In this document: piece by piece, positions 20,011 to 29,720 of the stretch
Numbering within the stretch: position 1 is the stretch's first letter
Layout: every line of letters begins with the position of its first letter
NCBI GenBank assembly: GCA_963747975.1
Contig: CAVVHI010000006.1
Location: 88,145 to 152,144, forward strand
Direction of reading: 5' to 3'
Origin: an uncultured Actinomycetota bacterium
GTDB lineage: Bacteria > Actinomycetota > Actinomycetes > Propionibacteriales > Nocardioidaceae
DNA: 64,000 nucleotides
Made by a program: the position numbers and the translations under genes
The notes under the pieces: generated by a model
Seen by the model: only the letters and a program-made list of their open reading frames with translations
What the model was told of the DNA's origin: nothing
Database searches by the model: none

Positions 20011-21016
20011 ACCACTGCCGCGACGCCGCCGTCCTCGACGAACCGAGGCCGGCGGGGCCGCACGTGTGCTCCTCGTCGGCCTCGCCGTTCTCGGTGTCGT
20101 CGCGGTCGCCGGGGTGATGGTGCTGCGCGGGGTGGGCCCGTTCCCCGGCCGTGAGGTCTGCACGGTCCAGGTCGGCGACGTCACCGCAGAGCTGAGCCAG
20201 GAGCAGGCGGAGAACGCCGCGATCATCGCCGCCGCCGGGGTGCGCCGCGACCTGCCGGCCCGCGCGGTCTCGATCGCGCTCGCGACCGCCTACCAGGAGA
20301 GCAAGATCCGCAACCTCGACCACGGGGACCGCGACTCGCTCGGCATCTTCCAGCAGCGGCCGTCGATGGGGTGGGGCACCGCGGAGCAGTTGCAGGACCC
20401 CCACTACGCGACGAACGCCTTCTACGACGAGCTGAGGAAGGTCGAGGGCTACCGGGAGATGCGGATCACCGAGGCGGCCCAGGCGGTGCAGCGGTCCGGC
20501 TTCCCCGAGGCCTACGAGGACCACGCCGAGGACGCACGCGCCCTCGCGTCGGCGCTGACCGGCTACTCCGCCGGAGGGCAGTTCACCTGCGTGGTCCGCA
20601 ACGGCTCCGACCTGGCGCGGCAGCGGCCCCGCGACAACGGGCTGACGCGGCGCGCGGACGCCGTGCGCCGCGACGTGACGCGCGCCTTCGGCGACCTGCC
20701 ACTCGGAGGCTTCGCGCCCGGGGGCGTGCGCGAGGGACACCAGGAGGGGTCCACCCACTACGAGGGGCGTGCGGTCGACATCTTCGTCCGCCCGATCAAC
20801 GAGGCGAACAACCGCACGGGCTGGGCGGTCGCGCAGTACCTCGTCGCGCACGCCGACCGGCTGGAGATCCAGACGGTGATCTTCGACGGCAGGATCTGGA
20901 CCGCCCGGCGCTCCGCCGAGGGCTGGCGCGACTACGACCCGCCGGACCGTCCCGGGGACCGTGCGGTGCTCGAGCACCGCGACCACGTGCACGTGGACGT
21001 GCACGAGGGCGGCTGA
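19997..21016 (+). CDS. Membrane-anchored putative cell-wall enzyme (lysozyme-like plus M15-like peptidase domains)
   Basis: TM helix; [25 protein letters not shown]; C-terminal HYEGRAVD and HRDHVHV. Confidence 0.65.
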   Translation: MPTTEPLPRRRRPRRTEAGGAARVLLVGLAVLGVVAVAGVMVLRGVGPFPGREVCTVQVGDVTAELSQEQAENAAIIAAAGVRRDLPARAVSIALATAYQESKIRNLDHGDRDSLGIFQQRPSMGWGTAEQLQDPHYATNAFYDELRKVEGYREMRITEAAQAVQRSGFPEAYEDHAEDARALASALTGYSAGGQFTCVVRNGSDLARQRPRDNGLTRRADAVRRDVTRAFGDLPLGGFAPGGVREGHQEGSTHYEGRAVDIFVRPINEANNRTGWAVAQYLVAHADRLEIQTVIFDGRIWTARRSAEGWRDYDPPDRPGDRAVLEHRDHVHVDVHEGG

Positions 21017-21175
21017 CGCGGCGAGCCTGTCCCGCCCTCGCGGGACGGGACACGTAGTCCGTCCGGGTCATCCCGCGGCGTCGTTCGGCCGCTTTCGGGG
21101 ATTCGGGCTGGACATCACCGGGGCAAACCGCTCGAATGGCTCAGGGGAGACACACCGGACGTGACGGGGGAACTG

Positions 21176-21451
21176 ATGAGCGACTCGACGATCTACACGA
21201 TCGGCACGGCGCTGAACCGAGCGCGGGACAACGACGTGCCGGTCGAGATCCTGGTCGAGGGGATGTGGATCACCGGTCGGGTGCTCGCCGTCGACGGCTT
21301 CGGGGTGGTCCTGCACACCGGCGATGACCAGCACTCCGTGATCCGGATCGAGAACGTCTCCGCGGTCACGATCCTGTCCGAGGCGCCGCACCGCCGGCCG
21401 ATCCCGGAGCGGGTGCACGCGATGCCCGGCCCCCGGTCGGCCTACGACTGA
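21176..21451 (+). CDS. Small hypothetical protein with Sm/Hfq-like pattern
   Basis: LNRARDNDVPVEILVEGMWITGRVLAVDGFGVVLH..VIRIENVSAV; alternative GTG start 21161. Confidence 0.7.
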   Translation: MSDSTIYTIGTALNRARDNDVPVEILVEGMWITGRVLAVDGFGVVLHTGDDQHSVIRIENVSAVTILSEAPHRRPIPERVHAMPGPRSAYD

Positions 21452-21470
21452 CGCCGGGCGGTGACCGACG

Positions 21471-21520
21471 TCGGGCGGCGGAGGCTCACCCGCCCTCGGG
21501 CGGCGGAGGCTCACCCGCCC
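21471..21520. repeat. Exact 25-bp tandem duplication including the dapC stop codon
   Basis: tcgggcggcggaggctcacccgccc x2; each copy can fold back. Confidence 0.9.
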
Positions 21521-22659
21521 AGACGTCGTACCGCCTCCGCGACGCGTTCGTCGGTGGCGGTGAACGCCACCCGCACGTGCCGCGCCCCCGCCGGCCCGTA
21601 GAACTCGCCGGGCGCCACGAGGATGCCGAGGTCGGCGAGGGCGCCGACGGTGTCCCAGCACGGCTCGTCGCGGGTGGCCCACAGGTACAGCGCCCCGGTC
21701 GACTCGTCGATCCGGAAGCCGGCGCCCTCGAGCGCGGACCGCAGGAGGGTACGACGGGCGGCGTAGCGCGCGTGCTGCTCGTCGGCATGGGCGTCGTCGT
21801 CGAGCGCCACCTTCATCGCCACCTGCTGGGGCCCGGGCATCTGCAGGCCGAGGTTCTTGCGCACCGCGAGCAGCTCGGCCACGACCGACCGGTCCCCCGC
21901 CACGAACGCGCAGCGGTAGCCGGCGAGGTTGGACCGCTTGGATAGGGAGTGCACGGCGAGCAGGCCGCTGTGGTCACCGTCGCAGACGTCGGGGTGCAGC
22001 ACGCTGAGCGGCTTCTCGTCCCAGGCGCTCTCGATGTAGCACTCGTCGGAGACCAGCAGCACGCCGCGCTCGCGCGCCCAGGCCACGACCTTGCGCAGGT
22101 GGTCGACGGGGAGCACCTTGCCGGTCGGGTTCGACGGGGAGTTGATCCACATCAGCCTGACCCGCTCGGGGCCGAGCTCGGTCAGCGAGTCCGCGGCCTT
22201 CGCCCGGGCACCGGCGAGCCGGGCGCCGACCTCGTAGGTCGGGTAGGCCAGGCGGGGATGCACGACCAGGTCCTGCGGCCCGAGCCCCAGATGCGTGGGC
22301 ATGGAGGCGATCAGCTCCTTGGAGCCGATCACCGGCAGCACCGCCCCGATGTCGAGGCCGGTCACGCCGTGGCGGCGTGCGAGCCAGTCGACGGCGGCCT
22401 GCCGGGTGTCGGCGAGCCCGACCGTCATCGGGTACCCGGGCGAGTCGGCGGCCTCACCCAGGGCCCGCTGGACGACCTCGGGGGTGGGGTCGACGGGCGT
22501 GCCCACCGACAGGTCGACGATGCCGTCGCGATGGGCGCGGGCCCGCTCGGCGTAGGGGACGAGGTGGTCCCACGGGAAGTCGGGCAGCCGGCCCGAGACG
22601 GCACGTGCCGCCCACCACGGAGCGGCGGACGGCACGGTGCCGGAGGACGGAGAGGTCAC
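21511..22659 (-). CDS. dapC: Succinyldiaminopimelate transaminase
   Basis: DLSVGTPVD, NSPSNPTG, SDECY, HSLSKRSNLAGYR; coupled to fdxA. Confidence 0.92.
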   Translation of the reverse strand: MTSPSSGTVPSAAPWWAARAVSGRLPDFPWDHLVPYAERARAHRDGIVDLSVGTPVDPTPEVVQRALGEAADSPGYPMTVGLADTRQAAVDWLARRHGVTGLDIGAVLPVIGSKELIASMPTHLGLGPQDLVVHPRLAYPTYEVGARLAGARAKAADSLTELGPERVRLMWINSPSNPTGKVLPVDHLRKVVAWARERGVLLVSDECYIESAWDEKPLSVLHPDVCDGDHSGLLAVHSLSKRSNLAGYRCAFVAGDRSVVAELLAVRKNLGLQMPGPQQVAMKVALDDDAHADEQHARYAARRTLLRSALEGAGFRIDESTGALYLWATRDEPCWDTVGALADLGILVAPGEFYGPAGARHVRVAFTATDERVAEAVRRLGG

Positions 22660-22979
22660 TCTTGGTTCTGGGGGGGCAGCTCGGCGATGATCGGGTGGTC
22701 CTTCTCGATGACCCCCATCTTCGCGGCGCCGCCGGGCGAGCCGAGGTCGTCGAAGAAGTGGACGTTGGCGTCGTAGTACTCCTTCCACTGCTCCGGGGTG
22801 TCGTCCTCGTAGAAGATCGCCTCCACGGGGCAGACCGGCTCGCAGGCACCGCAGTCGACGCACTCATCCGGGTGGATGTAGAGCATGCGCGAGCCTTCGT
22901 AGATGCAGTCGACGGGGCACTCGTCGACGCAGGCCCTGTCCTTGACGTCCACGCAGGGCTGCGCGATGACGTACGTCAC
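22656..22979 (-). CDS. fdxA: 7Fe ferredoxin
   Basis: VTYVIAQPCVDVKDRACVDECPVDCIYEG..CVDCGACEPVCP. Confidence 0.96.
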   Translation of the reverse strand: MTYVIAQPCVDVKDRACVDECPVDCIYEGSRMLYIHPDECVDCGACEPVCPVEAIFYEDDTPEQWKEYYDANVHFFDDLGSPGGAAKMGVIEKDHPIIAELPPQNQE

Positions 22980-23117
22980 CTTGGTTCCTCCTCGGATGGC
23001 TGTCGGTCGGGCGTCCCGGTCGAGAGGCTGCGGCACCGGGCCCGCACCTGTACAGCCTAGTATCTCGGGCGGGTACGCACAGGAGCGCACCCGGTCCGCT
23101 CCCCGAAAGTTGTCCCC

Positions 23118-24137
23118 GTGGCTCCCTCCTCCCCTCCCGGGCTCGGCCCGCACGTCGTCGGGCAGCGCGTGGTGGTGCGCCGCGTGCTGCCGGGGCAGGC
23201 CGGCCCGACCGGTGGCCCCGCGTTCACCGACGTGCTCGGCGTCCTGCGGAGCTGGGCCGGCGGGGTGGCCGTGGTGCAGCCCGCCGAGGGGCCGGCCGTC
23301 TCGATCGCCGTCGCCGACATCGTCTCCGGCAAGCCGGTCCCGCCGCGCCCGTCGGTGCGGATGCGGGTCTCGGCCGCCGACGCGGAGCGCCGGGCGCTGG
23401 CCGCGTGGCCGGCCCCGGAGACCGAGCGGCTCGGCGAGTGGGTGCTACGCGCGGCCGCGGGCTTCAGCGCACGAGCCAACTCCGTGCTCGCGGTCGGGTC
23501 GCCGCAGCTGCCGCTGGACGAGGCCGTGCAGCGGGTCTCGGGCTTCTACGCCGCCCGGGGGTTGCCGCCGCTGGTGCAGGTCGTGGTCGGCTCCGACGAG
23601 GACGCGGCCTTCGAGGGGCTGGGGTGGGTGACCGCCCGGCCGGGCGAGGACGACACGCTGTTCCAGGTGGCTTCGGTGTCCGCGGCGCGGCGCCTGGTAC
23701 GCCGGTCGCTGCCCGGCGTCGTACCGGCGACGCAGGTCAGTCCTCGGGTCGGCGACGGGTGGCTCGCCGACGACGAGAGGGCCCTGGCCTCGCGGGGACC
23801 GGCGACCGAGGTGCTGGAAGGCCCGGCCGAGGTCGGGTTCGTCTCCGTGCCCGGCCCCGACGGCGACGTCGTGGCGAAGGGCCGGGTCTCCCGCGGTGCG
23901 GGGGCCGTGCCCGGCGACGAGGACTGGGCCGGGATCAGCAACGTGTGGGTCTCCCCGCAGCGGCGGCGGCAGGGCCTGGGCACCGTGGTGATGGCCGCGC
24001 TGCTGGAGTGGGCCGCCGAGCGCGGTGCGACGACCGCGTTCCTGCAGGTGCGCGGGGACAACCCTGCCGCGATCGCGGCCTACGAGCGGCTCGGGTTCGT
24101 CACCCACCACGCCTACCGGTACCTCACCTCACCCTGA
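23118..24137 (+). CDS. GNAT family N-acetyltransferase (tandem)
   Basis: GFSARANS; QRRRQGLG; LQVRGDNPAAIAAYERLGF. Confidence 0.88.
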   Translation: MAPSSPPGLGPHVVGQRVVVRRVLPGQAGPTGGPAFTDVLGVLRSWAGGVAVVQPAEGPAVSIAVADIVSGKPVPPRPSVRMRVSAADAERRALAAWPAPETERLGEWVLRAAAGFSARANSVLAVGSPQLPLDEAVQRVSGFYAARGLPPLVQVVVGSDEDAAFEGLGWVTARPGEDDTLFQVASVSAARRLVRRSLPGVVPATQVSPRVGDGWLADDERALASRGPATEVLEGPAEVGFVSVPGPDGDVVAKGRVSRGAGAVPGDEDWAGISNVWVSPQRRRQGLGTVVMAALLEWAAERGATTAFLQVRGDNPAAIAAYERLGFVTHHAYRYLTSP

Positions 24138-24184
24138 GCACCCCGGCCGGGCCCGCGGGGCGCGTGATGGCCGGTCGGCGATCC

Positions 24185-24637
24185 TCAGACGGATGCCAGG
24201 GCACGCACCGGCGCGGCCTCGTACCGCTGCCGCGGCAGCACGGTGTCGGTGGCGACCGGTGCCGGGAGGCGCTCGGCGACGAGGTGCAGGGTGACGTAGC
24301 GACCGGCCGGACGGTCCAGGGTCGCCGCCTGCAGCTCGACGTGGCCGTCCTCGACGAGGAAGGCGCCGGCCTGCCAGTGGTGGAAGGCGACCGTGGCCCA
24401 CGCCAGCTCGACGGCTGCGGCGACCTCGGCGTCGCCGGCGTCGGCGCGGAAGCTCCCGATGGCGACGAGGAGGTGGTCCTCCGCGTCGGTGCCGCCCACC
24501 TCGAGCTCGGCGAAGAGACCCGAGGCGAGCAGCTCCTGACGCAGGGCGACCTCGAAGACCGACCGGACCTGGGAGGTCGCCGGGGCGGCGTTCATGTGCA
24601 GTCCGCGGCGAAGCTTCTGGAAGGCTGCGAGGTTCAT
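24185..24637 (-). CDS. Hypothetical protein, paralog of 32762..33169
   Basis: SGLF..LEV..TD..D; W.A..DG.VE..AT..P.GRYVT.HLVA.R shared with second copy. Confidence 0.7.
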   Translation of the reverse strand: MNLAAFQKLRRGLHMNAAPATSQVRSVFEVALRQELLASGLFAELEVGGTDAEDHLLVAIGSFRADAGDAEVAAAVELAWATVAFHHWQAGAFLVEDGHVELQAATLDRPAGRYVTLHLVAERLPAPVATDTVLPRQRYEAAPVRALASV

Positions 24638-24771
24638 GTCTCCAGCATGCAAGGAGCAGCGCCACGCCGCCGCCACCTGCGGGTAACGCCTCCTCCACAG
24701 GACCCCCACAGTTCCGGCGCGCCACGCGGGGCGGCTGCCCGCGGTCAGGCGCCGGACCGGTCCTGCGCCGA

Positions 24772-26511
24772 CTACGCGGACGGAGGGGGCCCGCACACGA
24801 CGGTGTCGGACGGCGTGTAGGTGGTGTGGAAGGTCTCCTTGCGGACCACCTCGTCGTTGCCCGGCTTGCGGAAGTACCGGAACACGTCGATGTCGAAGCC
24901 GCCGTACCCCTCGTGCGGCACACACTCGTCGTCGGTGATGTAGCGGGTCTCCTCCTGGGTGAAGTCGTACCGGTCGGAGGTGCTCGTGCTGATCTCCCAG
25001 TGCTTGGTCGACCAGAACCGTGCGTGCATCTCGCCCTGGGAACCGGACGTCGAGGGCTTGATCCAGGTCTCGATCAGCACGCCGTAGGGGGTGTCGTTCT
25101 TGAACCGCAGGTCGACCGCACCCCAGGCGACGGTCGCCTCCCGGCCGATCGGGTAGCGGTCGATGTAGAACGAGTGCGGCTTGTGCTCGACGTCCTCGAG
25201 GCCGGCGAAGAACATCGCGTTGAACAGGGTGGTCGCGACCTGCGAGACCCCGCCGCCGTAGTCCTCCTTGTAGACCCCGTTGCTGATGATGTAGCCCTTG
25301 GTGAACCCGTTCTCGGCCGTCCGCTCACCGACGGTGCCGTTCAGGCTGAACGTCTCCCCCGGCTTCAGCACCGTGCCGGTGACCAGCTCGGCGGCCCGGC
25401 CGAGGTTCACGTTGCGGTAGTCCGAGTGCGGGAAGTAGGTGGTGAAGGAGGAGACGACCTCCTTGATGCCGAGCTTCCTGGCGTCCTTGGTGCTGAACTT
25501 CGGCCGCTGGACCTCGGCCTCCACCTCGAGGCGCCGTTGGCCCTCACGCTTCACCAGCACGTCGGGGAACGCCTCGGCCACCTGCTCCGGGTCGAAGGTC
25601 ACGCCGTTCTTCCCCGGGACCACCTCGGGGCTGCCGTCGACGAGCCGCACGGTCGCCGGCTCGGGGCTGAGTGCCACGTCCTTCATGGCCGGACGCACCG
25701 CCCGCATCAGCTTCTTCGGGTCCACCCGCGGCACGAGCTTCCCGCCCTCGGGCTCCATCGACAGGGCCCGGGCGTAGCGCTCCGGGCGCACCACGACCTC
25801 GTCCCCACCGAGCACCAGCGTCACCGGCGCGGACATCGCCGGGTTGGCGAAGCGGTTCATCGCCCGGCGCACCGCCGGCTCCGGCACGTCCGCGGCCACC
25901 TCCGTCACCTCGAGGCGTACGACGTCGTCGCCGGTGTCGTCCAGGAAGGCGTCCAGGAGCGCCTGGCGGGCGGAGTCCCGGTCGACCTGCTGCCCCGCCC
26001 GGGGAAGCTTCATGTCCGCGGTGCCGTCGCGGAAGGTGATCCGGCCCTCGACCGGCTCCTCGTCGACCTCGTTCGCGACCCGGTCGACCGCCCGGTCGAA
26101 GGACGCGTCGTCCACGGTCAGCACCGGGTCGAGCTCGTCACCGCCGGTGAAGAAGTCCCACATCCGGGCCGGGTCCCAGCTCCGGCCCCCGCCGGCCTGC
26201 TCCACCGTGGCCTCGTAGTCGACGGCCAGACCGGCCTGGTCGGGGTCGATGCGGGACCGCCGGCCGTCGGCGGCGACCACGATCGGGGCCTCGGCGCGGG
26301 GCCCGAGCTCCTTCTCCAGGGTGGTCACGGCCGCCGAGGGCCGCAGGCCGCCGATGTCGACCCCGGCGACCGTCGTACCGCGGGGAACCTTCTCGCCGGT
26401 GAAGAGGTAGCCGGCGACGTACAGCCCGCCGAACAGCACGACGAGACCGACCACCAGTGCGGTGATCACGCGGCGGTCGGTGGTCTTCTCCTGGGAGGGC
26501 AGGCCTGTCAC
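24772..26511 (-). CDS. VanW family protein with peptidoglycan-binding domains
   Basis: TM helix; RNVNLGRAAELV, FSLNGTVG, GGGVSQVATT, HKPHSFYI.RYP.GREAT, DLRFKNDT. Confidence 0.9.
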   Translation of the reverse strand: MTGLPSQEKTTDRRVITALVVGLVVLFGGLYVAGYLFTGEKVPRGTTVAGVDIGGLRPSAAVTTLEKELGPRAEAPIVVAADGRRSRIDPDQAGLAVDYEATVEQAGGGRSWDPARMWDFFTGGDELDPVLTVDDASFDRAVDRVANEVDEEPVEGRITFRDGTADMKLPRAGQQVDRDSARQALLDAFLDDTGDDVVRLEVTEVAADVPEPAVRRAMNRFANPAMSAPVTLVLGGDEVVVRPERYARALSMEPEGGKLVPRVDPKKLMRAVRPAMKDVALSPEPATVRLVDGSPEVVPGKNGVTFDPEQVAEAFPDVLVKREGQRRLEVEAEVQRPKFSTKDARKLGIKEVVSSFTTYFPHSDYRNVNLGRAAELVTGTVLKPGETFSLNGTVGERTAENGFTKGYIISNGVYKEDYGGGVSQVATTLFNAMFFAGLEDVEHKPHSFYIDRYPIGREATVAWGAVDLRFKNDTPYGVLIETWIKPSTSGSQGEMHARFWSTKHWEISTSTSDRYDFTQEETRYITDDECVPHEGYGGFDIDVFRYFRKPGNDEVVRKETFHTTYTPSDTVVCGPPPSA

Positions 26512-26522
26512 AAGGCGCCATC

Positions 26523-26888
26523 CTAGGTCGCGGCGCCCACCGACCCCGAACCGCTCCGTACCGGTGGCTGCCGCGCCCAGGCGATGCCTGTGACCAGGAC
26601 CACCACGCCGAAGCCCATGAGGAGCCACCCGCGTGCGTCGGCGGAGACCACGTAGTCGCCCTCGCCGCGGCCCGCCACGGCGACCAGCAGCACGGTCAGC
26701 CACCCTGCTGCGAACGCCGCGGTCCCGCCCGCCGCCCACCAGTGGATCGCCCACATGACCACGAGCGTGGCGGTCATCGCGATCACCGCGCCCGGGAAGG
26801 TGCGGTGCAGGCCGACGCCCGCGACACCCACGGCCACACCGGTCACGAAGGCGAGGACCAGGGCCAGCATCCGGCCCAGGAGCCTCAT
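26523..26888 (-). CDS. Hypothetical membrane protein (DUF6113-like)
   Basis: Four TM segments, GEGD motif, coupled downstream of mshB. Confidence 0.7.
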   Translation of the reverse strand: MRLLGRMLALVLAFVTGVAVGVAGVGLHRTFPGAVIAMTATLVVMWAIHWWAAGGTAAFAAGWLTVLLVAVAGRGEGDYVVSADARGWLLMGFGVVVLVTGIAWARQPPVRSGSGSVGAAT

Positions 26889-27790
26889 CCGAGGCCGGCG
26901 AAGAGGTCCGTCTCGAGGCCGTCCTCACCGACGGGGCCGCGCTCGCCCTTGACGAGGCGGAAGTACTCCACGGCCCAGACCTCGTTCCCCATGTTGTTCG
27001 ACAGGGCGAAGAAGGGCCCGTCGACCGTGATCTGGGTGGCGTGCGCCCGCATCGCGGCCATCTTGGCGTCGACGAAGTCGGTGCCGTCCACCACCGCGTC
27101 GAGGAGGTGGTCCGGAGTCACGAACGGCGGGAGGGGGCCGTCGGGGTCCATGCCCTCGAACGACGTGGTGTCGCCGGAGTCGCGCAGGCGCCGCAGCCCG
27201 TCACGCATCCGGCTCTCCGACATCGCACCCCAGTAGATCTTGGCGACCTCCCACGGCTCCCCCAGCTCGGGACGGAAGGACCGGGCGGCGGCCAGCGCGG
27301 CGCCGTACATCGCGACCCGGTGCGCCTGGATGTGGTCGGGGTGGCCGTAGCCACCGAACTCGTCGTAGGTGACCAGCACCTGCGGGCGCACCTCCCGGAT
27401 CACCTCGACGAGGTCGGCCGCGGCCTGCGTCAGGTCGGCCCGCCAGAAGGTTCCCTCGCGGACGTCGTCCCCGGCGACCGCGTGGCCGTCGGCGTGCCAG
27501 ACCATCCCGGAGTCGCGGTACTTGCCGGGCCCGCCGAGGAAGCGGTGGTCGGTGACACCGAGCTCCTTCATGGCCGCAGCGAGCTCGCCGATCCGGTGCC
27601 GGCCCAGGGTGTCGTCGCGGTCGGAGGCCACGTGCGCGAGCTCGGGGACGAGCACCTCCCCCTCCTCGCCCAGCGTGCACGTCACGAGCGTCACGCCGGC
27701 TCCCTGGGCGGCGTACTTCGCCATCGTGACGCCCTGGTTGATCGTCTCGTCGTCGGGGTGCGCGTGCACCAGCAACATCCGCTGTTCCAT
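26885..27790 (-). CDS. mshB: GlcNAc-Ins deacetylase (mycothiol biosynthesis)
   Basis: [47 protein letters not shown]. Confidence 0.95.
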   Translation of the reverse strand: MEQRMLLVHAHPDDETINQGVTMAKYAAQGAGVTLVTCTLGEEGEVLVPELAHVASDRDDTLGRHRIGELAAAMKELGVTDHRFLGGPGKYRDSGMVWHADGHAVAGDDVREGTFWRADLTQAAADLVEVIREVRPQVLVTYDEFGGYGHPDHIQAHRVAMYGAALAAARSFRPELGEPWEVAKIYWGAMSESRMRDGLRRLRDSGDTTSFEGMDPDGPLPPFVTPDHLLDAVVDGTDFVDAKMAAMRAHATQITVDGPFFALSNNMGNEVWAVEYFRLVKGERGPVGEDGLETDLFAGLG

Positions 27791-27821
27791 GCGCGACAGA
27801 CTAGCCAGCGGCTCCGGCCCC

Positions 27822-28130
27822 TCAGCCGTCGGTGGAGCCGTCGGTGAAGTGCCCCTTGACCCGGCGCGGCGCGTCGGGCAGGTCCAGCGGCACGCCTGCG
27901 CCGGCCGGGCCTGCCTCGGCGTCGTGGTCCAGCCAGCCCTCGTGGGCGTCCACGAGGACCTCGAGCACGAACTCGGGTGCGTCGGTCACCACCGCCCACG
28001 GATGATCCTCGTCGTCGTCCTCGCCGGCGAGCCGGTCCACCGACACCTCGGCCGCGAAGCCGTCGCGCAGCAGCCGCGCGGCGACGGCCCGCGCGTCGTC
28101 CTCCTCGTAGAACACCGCCCGCAGCGTCAC
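27822..28130 (-). CDS. Small acidic hypothetical protein
   Basis: GTG start overlapping NUDIX stop; [14 protein letters not shown] motif. Confidence 0.65.
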   Translation of the reverse strand: MTLRAVFYEEDDARAVAARLLRDGFAAEVSVDRLAGEDDDEDHPWAVVTDAPEFVLEVLVDAHEGWLDHDAEAGPAGAGVPLDLPDAPRRVKGHFTDGSTDG

Positions 28131-28528
28131 GAGACCCCCCTCCGCTCGAGCAGGTTCCGCACCTCGGCCAGGAACGGCAGGTCCGGCTCCAGCCAGGCGA
28201 CCTCGTCGAGCTCGTCGGGACCGAGCCAGCGGACCGCGTCGTGCTGCGCCTCGACCGGCACCGGCTCCCCGCCGGCGAGCTCCGCCCGGGCGACCTGCAG
28301 GGTGTAGCCGTCGCGGATCCGGCTCTCGCCCTCGAGCATGCCGACCACGCCGATCGCGCAGCCGAGCTCCTCGGCCACCTCCCGGACGACCGCGTCGGCC
28401 GGGTCCTCGCCGTCCTCGACCTTCCCGCCGGGGAGCTCCCACCCGCCGGCGAGCTCCGGCGGCGTCGTGCGGCGCGCGGCGAGGACCCGTCCGCGGTGGA
28501 CGATCGCCGCTCCCATGACGAGCACCAA
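28127..28528 (-). CDS. NUDIX hydrolase (MutT-like)
   Basis: WELPGGKVEDGEDPADAVVREVAEELG Nudix box. Confidence 0.9.
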   Translation of the reverse strand: MVLVMGAAIVHRGRVLAARRTTPPELAGGWELPGGKVEDGEDPADAVVREVAEELGCAIGVVGMLEGESRIRDGYTLQVARAELAGGEPVPVEAQHDAVRWLGPDELDEVAWLEPDLPFLAEVRNLLERRGVS

Positions 28529-28586
28529 CGAGGCCTCCTTCGGGTAGGTTCACGCACGACTCGGGCGCCAATCTAGTCGGGAGGCC

Positions 28587-29711
28587 GTGCGCATGGAGGC
28601 CGGCGTGCACCTGCGGCGCAGCGACGAGTGGACCTCCGAGGTCGACGCACTGGCCACCTCCCTCGAGCGGTCCGGCGGGAGCCGGGTGGGCCTGACCGGC
28701 GTGCTGGCCGACCTCAACCGGACCGCGACCGCCGTACGCGTCCCTGCTCTCGCCGCCCGGTGGGGCTTCCGGTGGGACGACGAGGACGCGCGCAGCCGTC
28801 GGTGGTGGCCGCAGGGCATCACCACGTCGGCGGACCACGACGACTCGGAGGAGTACGACGGGCGCCGGGTCGTGCTGACCAGCTCGTACTCGAAGGACCT
28901 CGCCGGGGTCCACAAGGGCTCCCGGATCAGCGTCGTGGAGCTCGACGGCGGGAAGCGGCTGCGCTACCGGCACGTGCTGCTCGTCGAGGCCTTCACCCGC
29001 GACGACGGAGAGATCGACGTCCGCCCCCTCAAGGTGCACGCGGGAGGGATCGTCTGGCACGGCGAGCACCTGCACGTCGCGGGCACCGCACGGGGCATCT
29101 CGACGTTCCGGCTCGACGACGTGATGCGGGTCGGCGCGCTCGGCGACCGGGACCGGCTCGGTGTGGGGCGGGGAAGCTTCGGCTACCGCTACCTGCTGCC
29201 GGTGAGGTCGACCTACGACGCGTTCACCGACGACGGCCACGAGCCGATGCGCTACTCGTTTCTCTCCCTCGACAAGGGACCGCGCGGGGCACGGCTGGTC
29301 GCCGGGGAGTACGGCCGCGACGACCGCACCACCCGGCTCGCCGACTTCGCGATCGACCCCGCGTCGTCGCTGCTACGGGTGTCGGCGGAGGGACACGCAT
29401 TCCCGCTCTCACTGTCCACGGAGGGCGTCGAGGGGATGCAGGGCGCGACCGTGGTGGACGGCCGGTGGTACCTCACGACCAGCGCCGGGCGCTACCTCCG
29501 GGGCTCGATGCACGTCGGACGACCGGGGGCGTTCCGCCGCCTTGCGCGGGTGCTGCCGGTCGGGGTGGAGGACCTCGCCTACTGGCCCTCGCGGGACGAG
29601 CTCTGGTCGCTGTCGGAGTACCCGGGTCACCGCTACGTCTTCGCGATGGACCGGGGCCGGCTCGACAGGCTCGCTCCGGGGAGGGCCGAGAATGTCGGTG
29701 CCGGACCATAG
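28587..29711 (+). CDS. Hypothetical protein, probable beta-propeller
   Basis: WWPQGITTSAD, VHAGGIVW, MQGAT..DG.WY, VEDLAYW. Confidence 0.65.
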   Translation: MRMEAGVHLRRSDEWTSEVDALATSLERSGGSRVGLTGVLADLNRTATAVRVPALAARWGFRWDDEDARSRRWWPQGITTSADHDDSEEYDGRRVVLTSSYSKDLAGVHKGSRISVVELDGGKRLRYRHVLLVEAFTRDDGEIDVRPLKVHAGGIVWHGEHLHVAGTARGISTFRLDDVMRVGALGDRDRLGVGRGSFGYRYLLPVRSTYDAFTDDGHEPMRYSFLSLDKGPRGARLVAGEYGRDDRTTRLADFAIDPASSLLRVSAEGHAFPLSLSTEGVEGMQGATVVDGRWYLTTSAGRYLRGSMHVGRPGAFRRLARVLPVGVEDLAYWPSRDELWSLSEYPGHRYVFAMDRGRLDRLAPGRAENVGAGP

Positions 29712-29720
29712 TTTCGTGAC

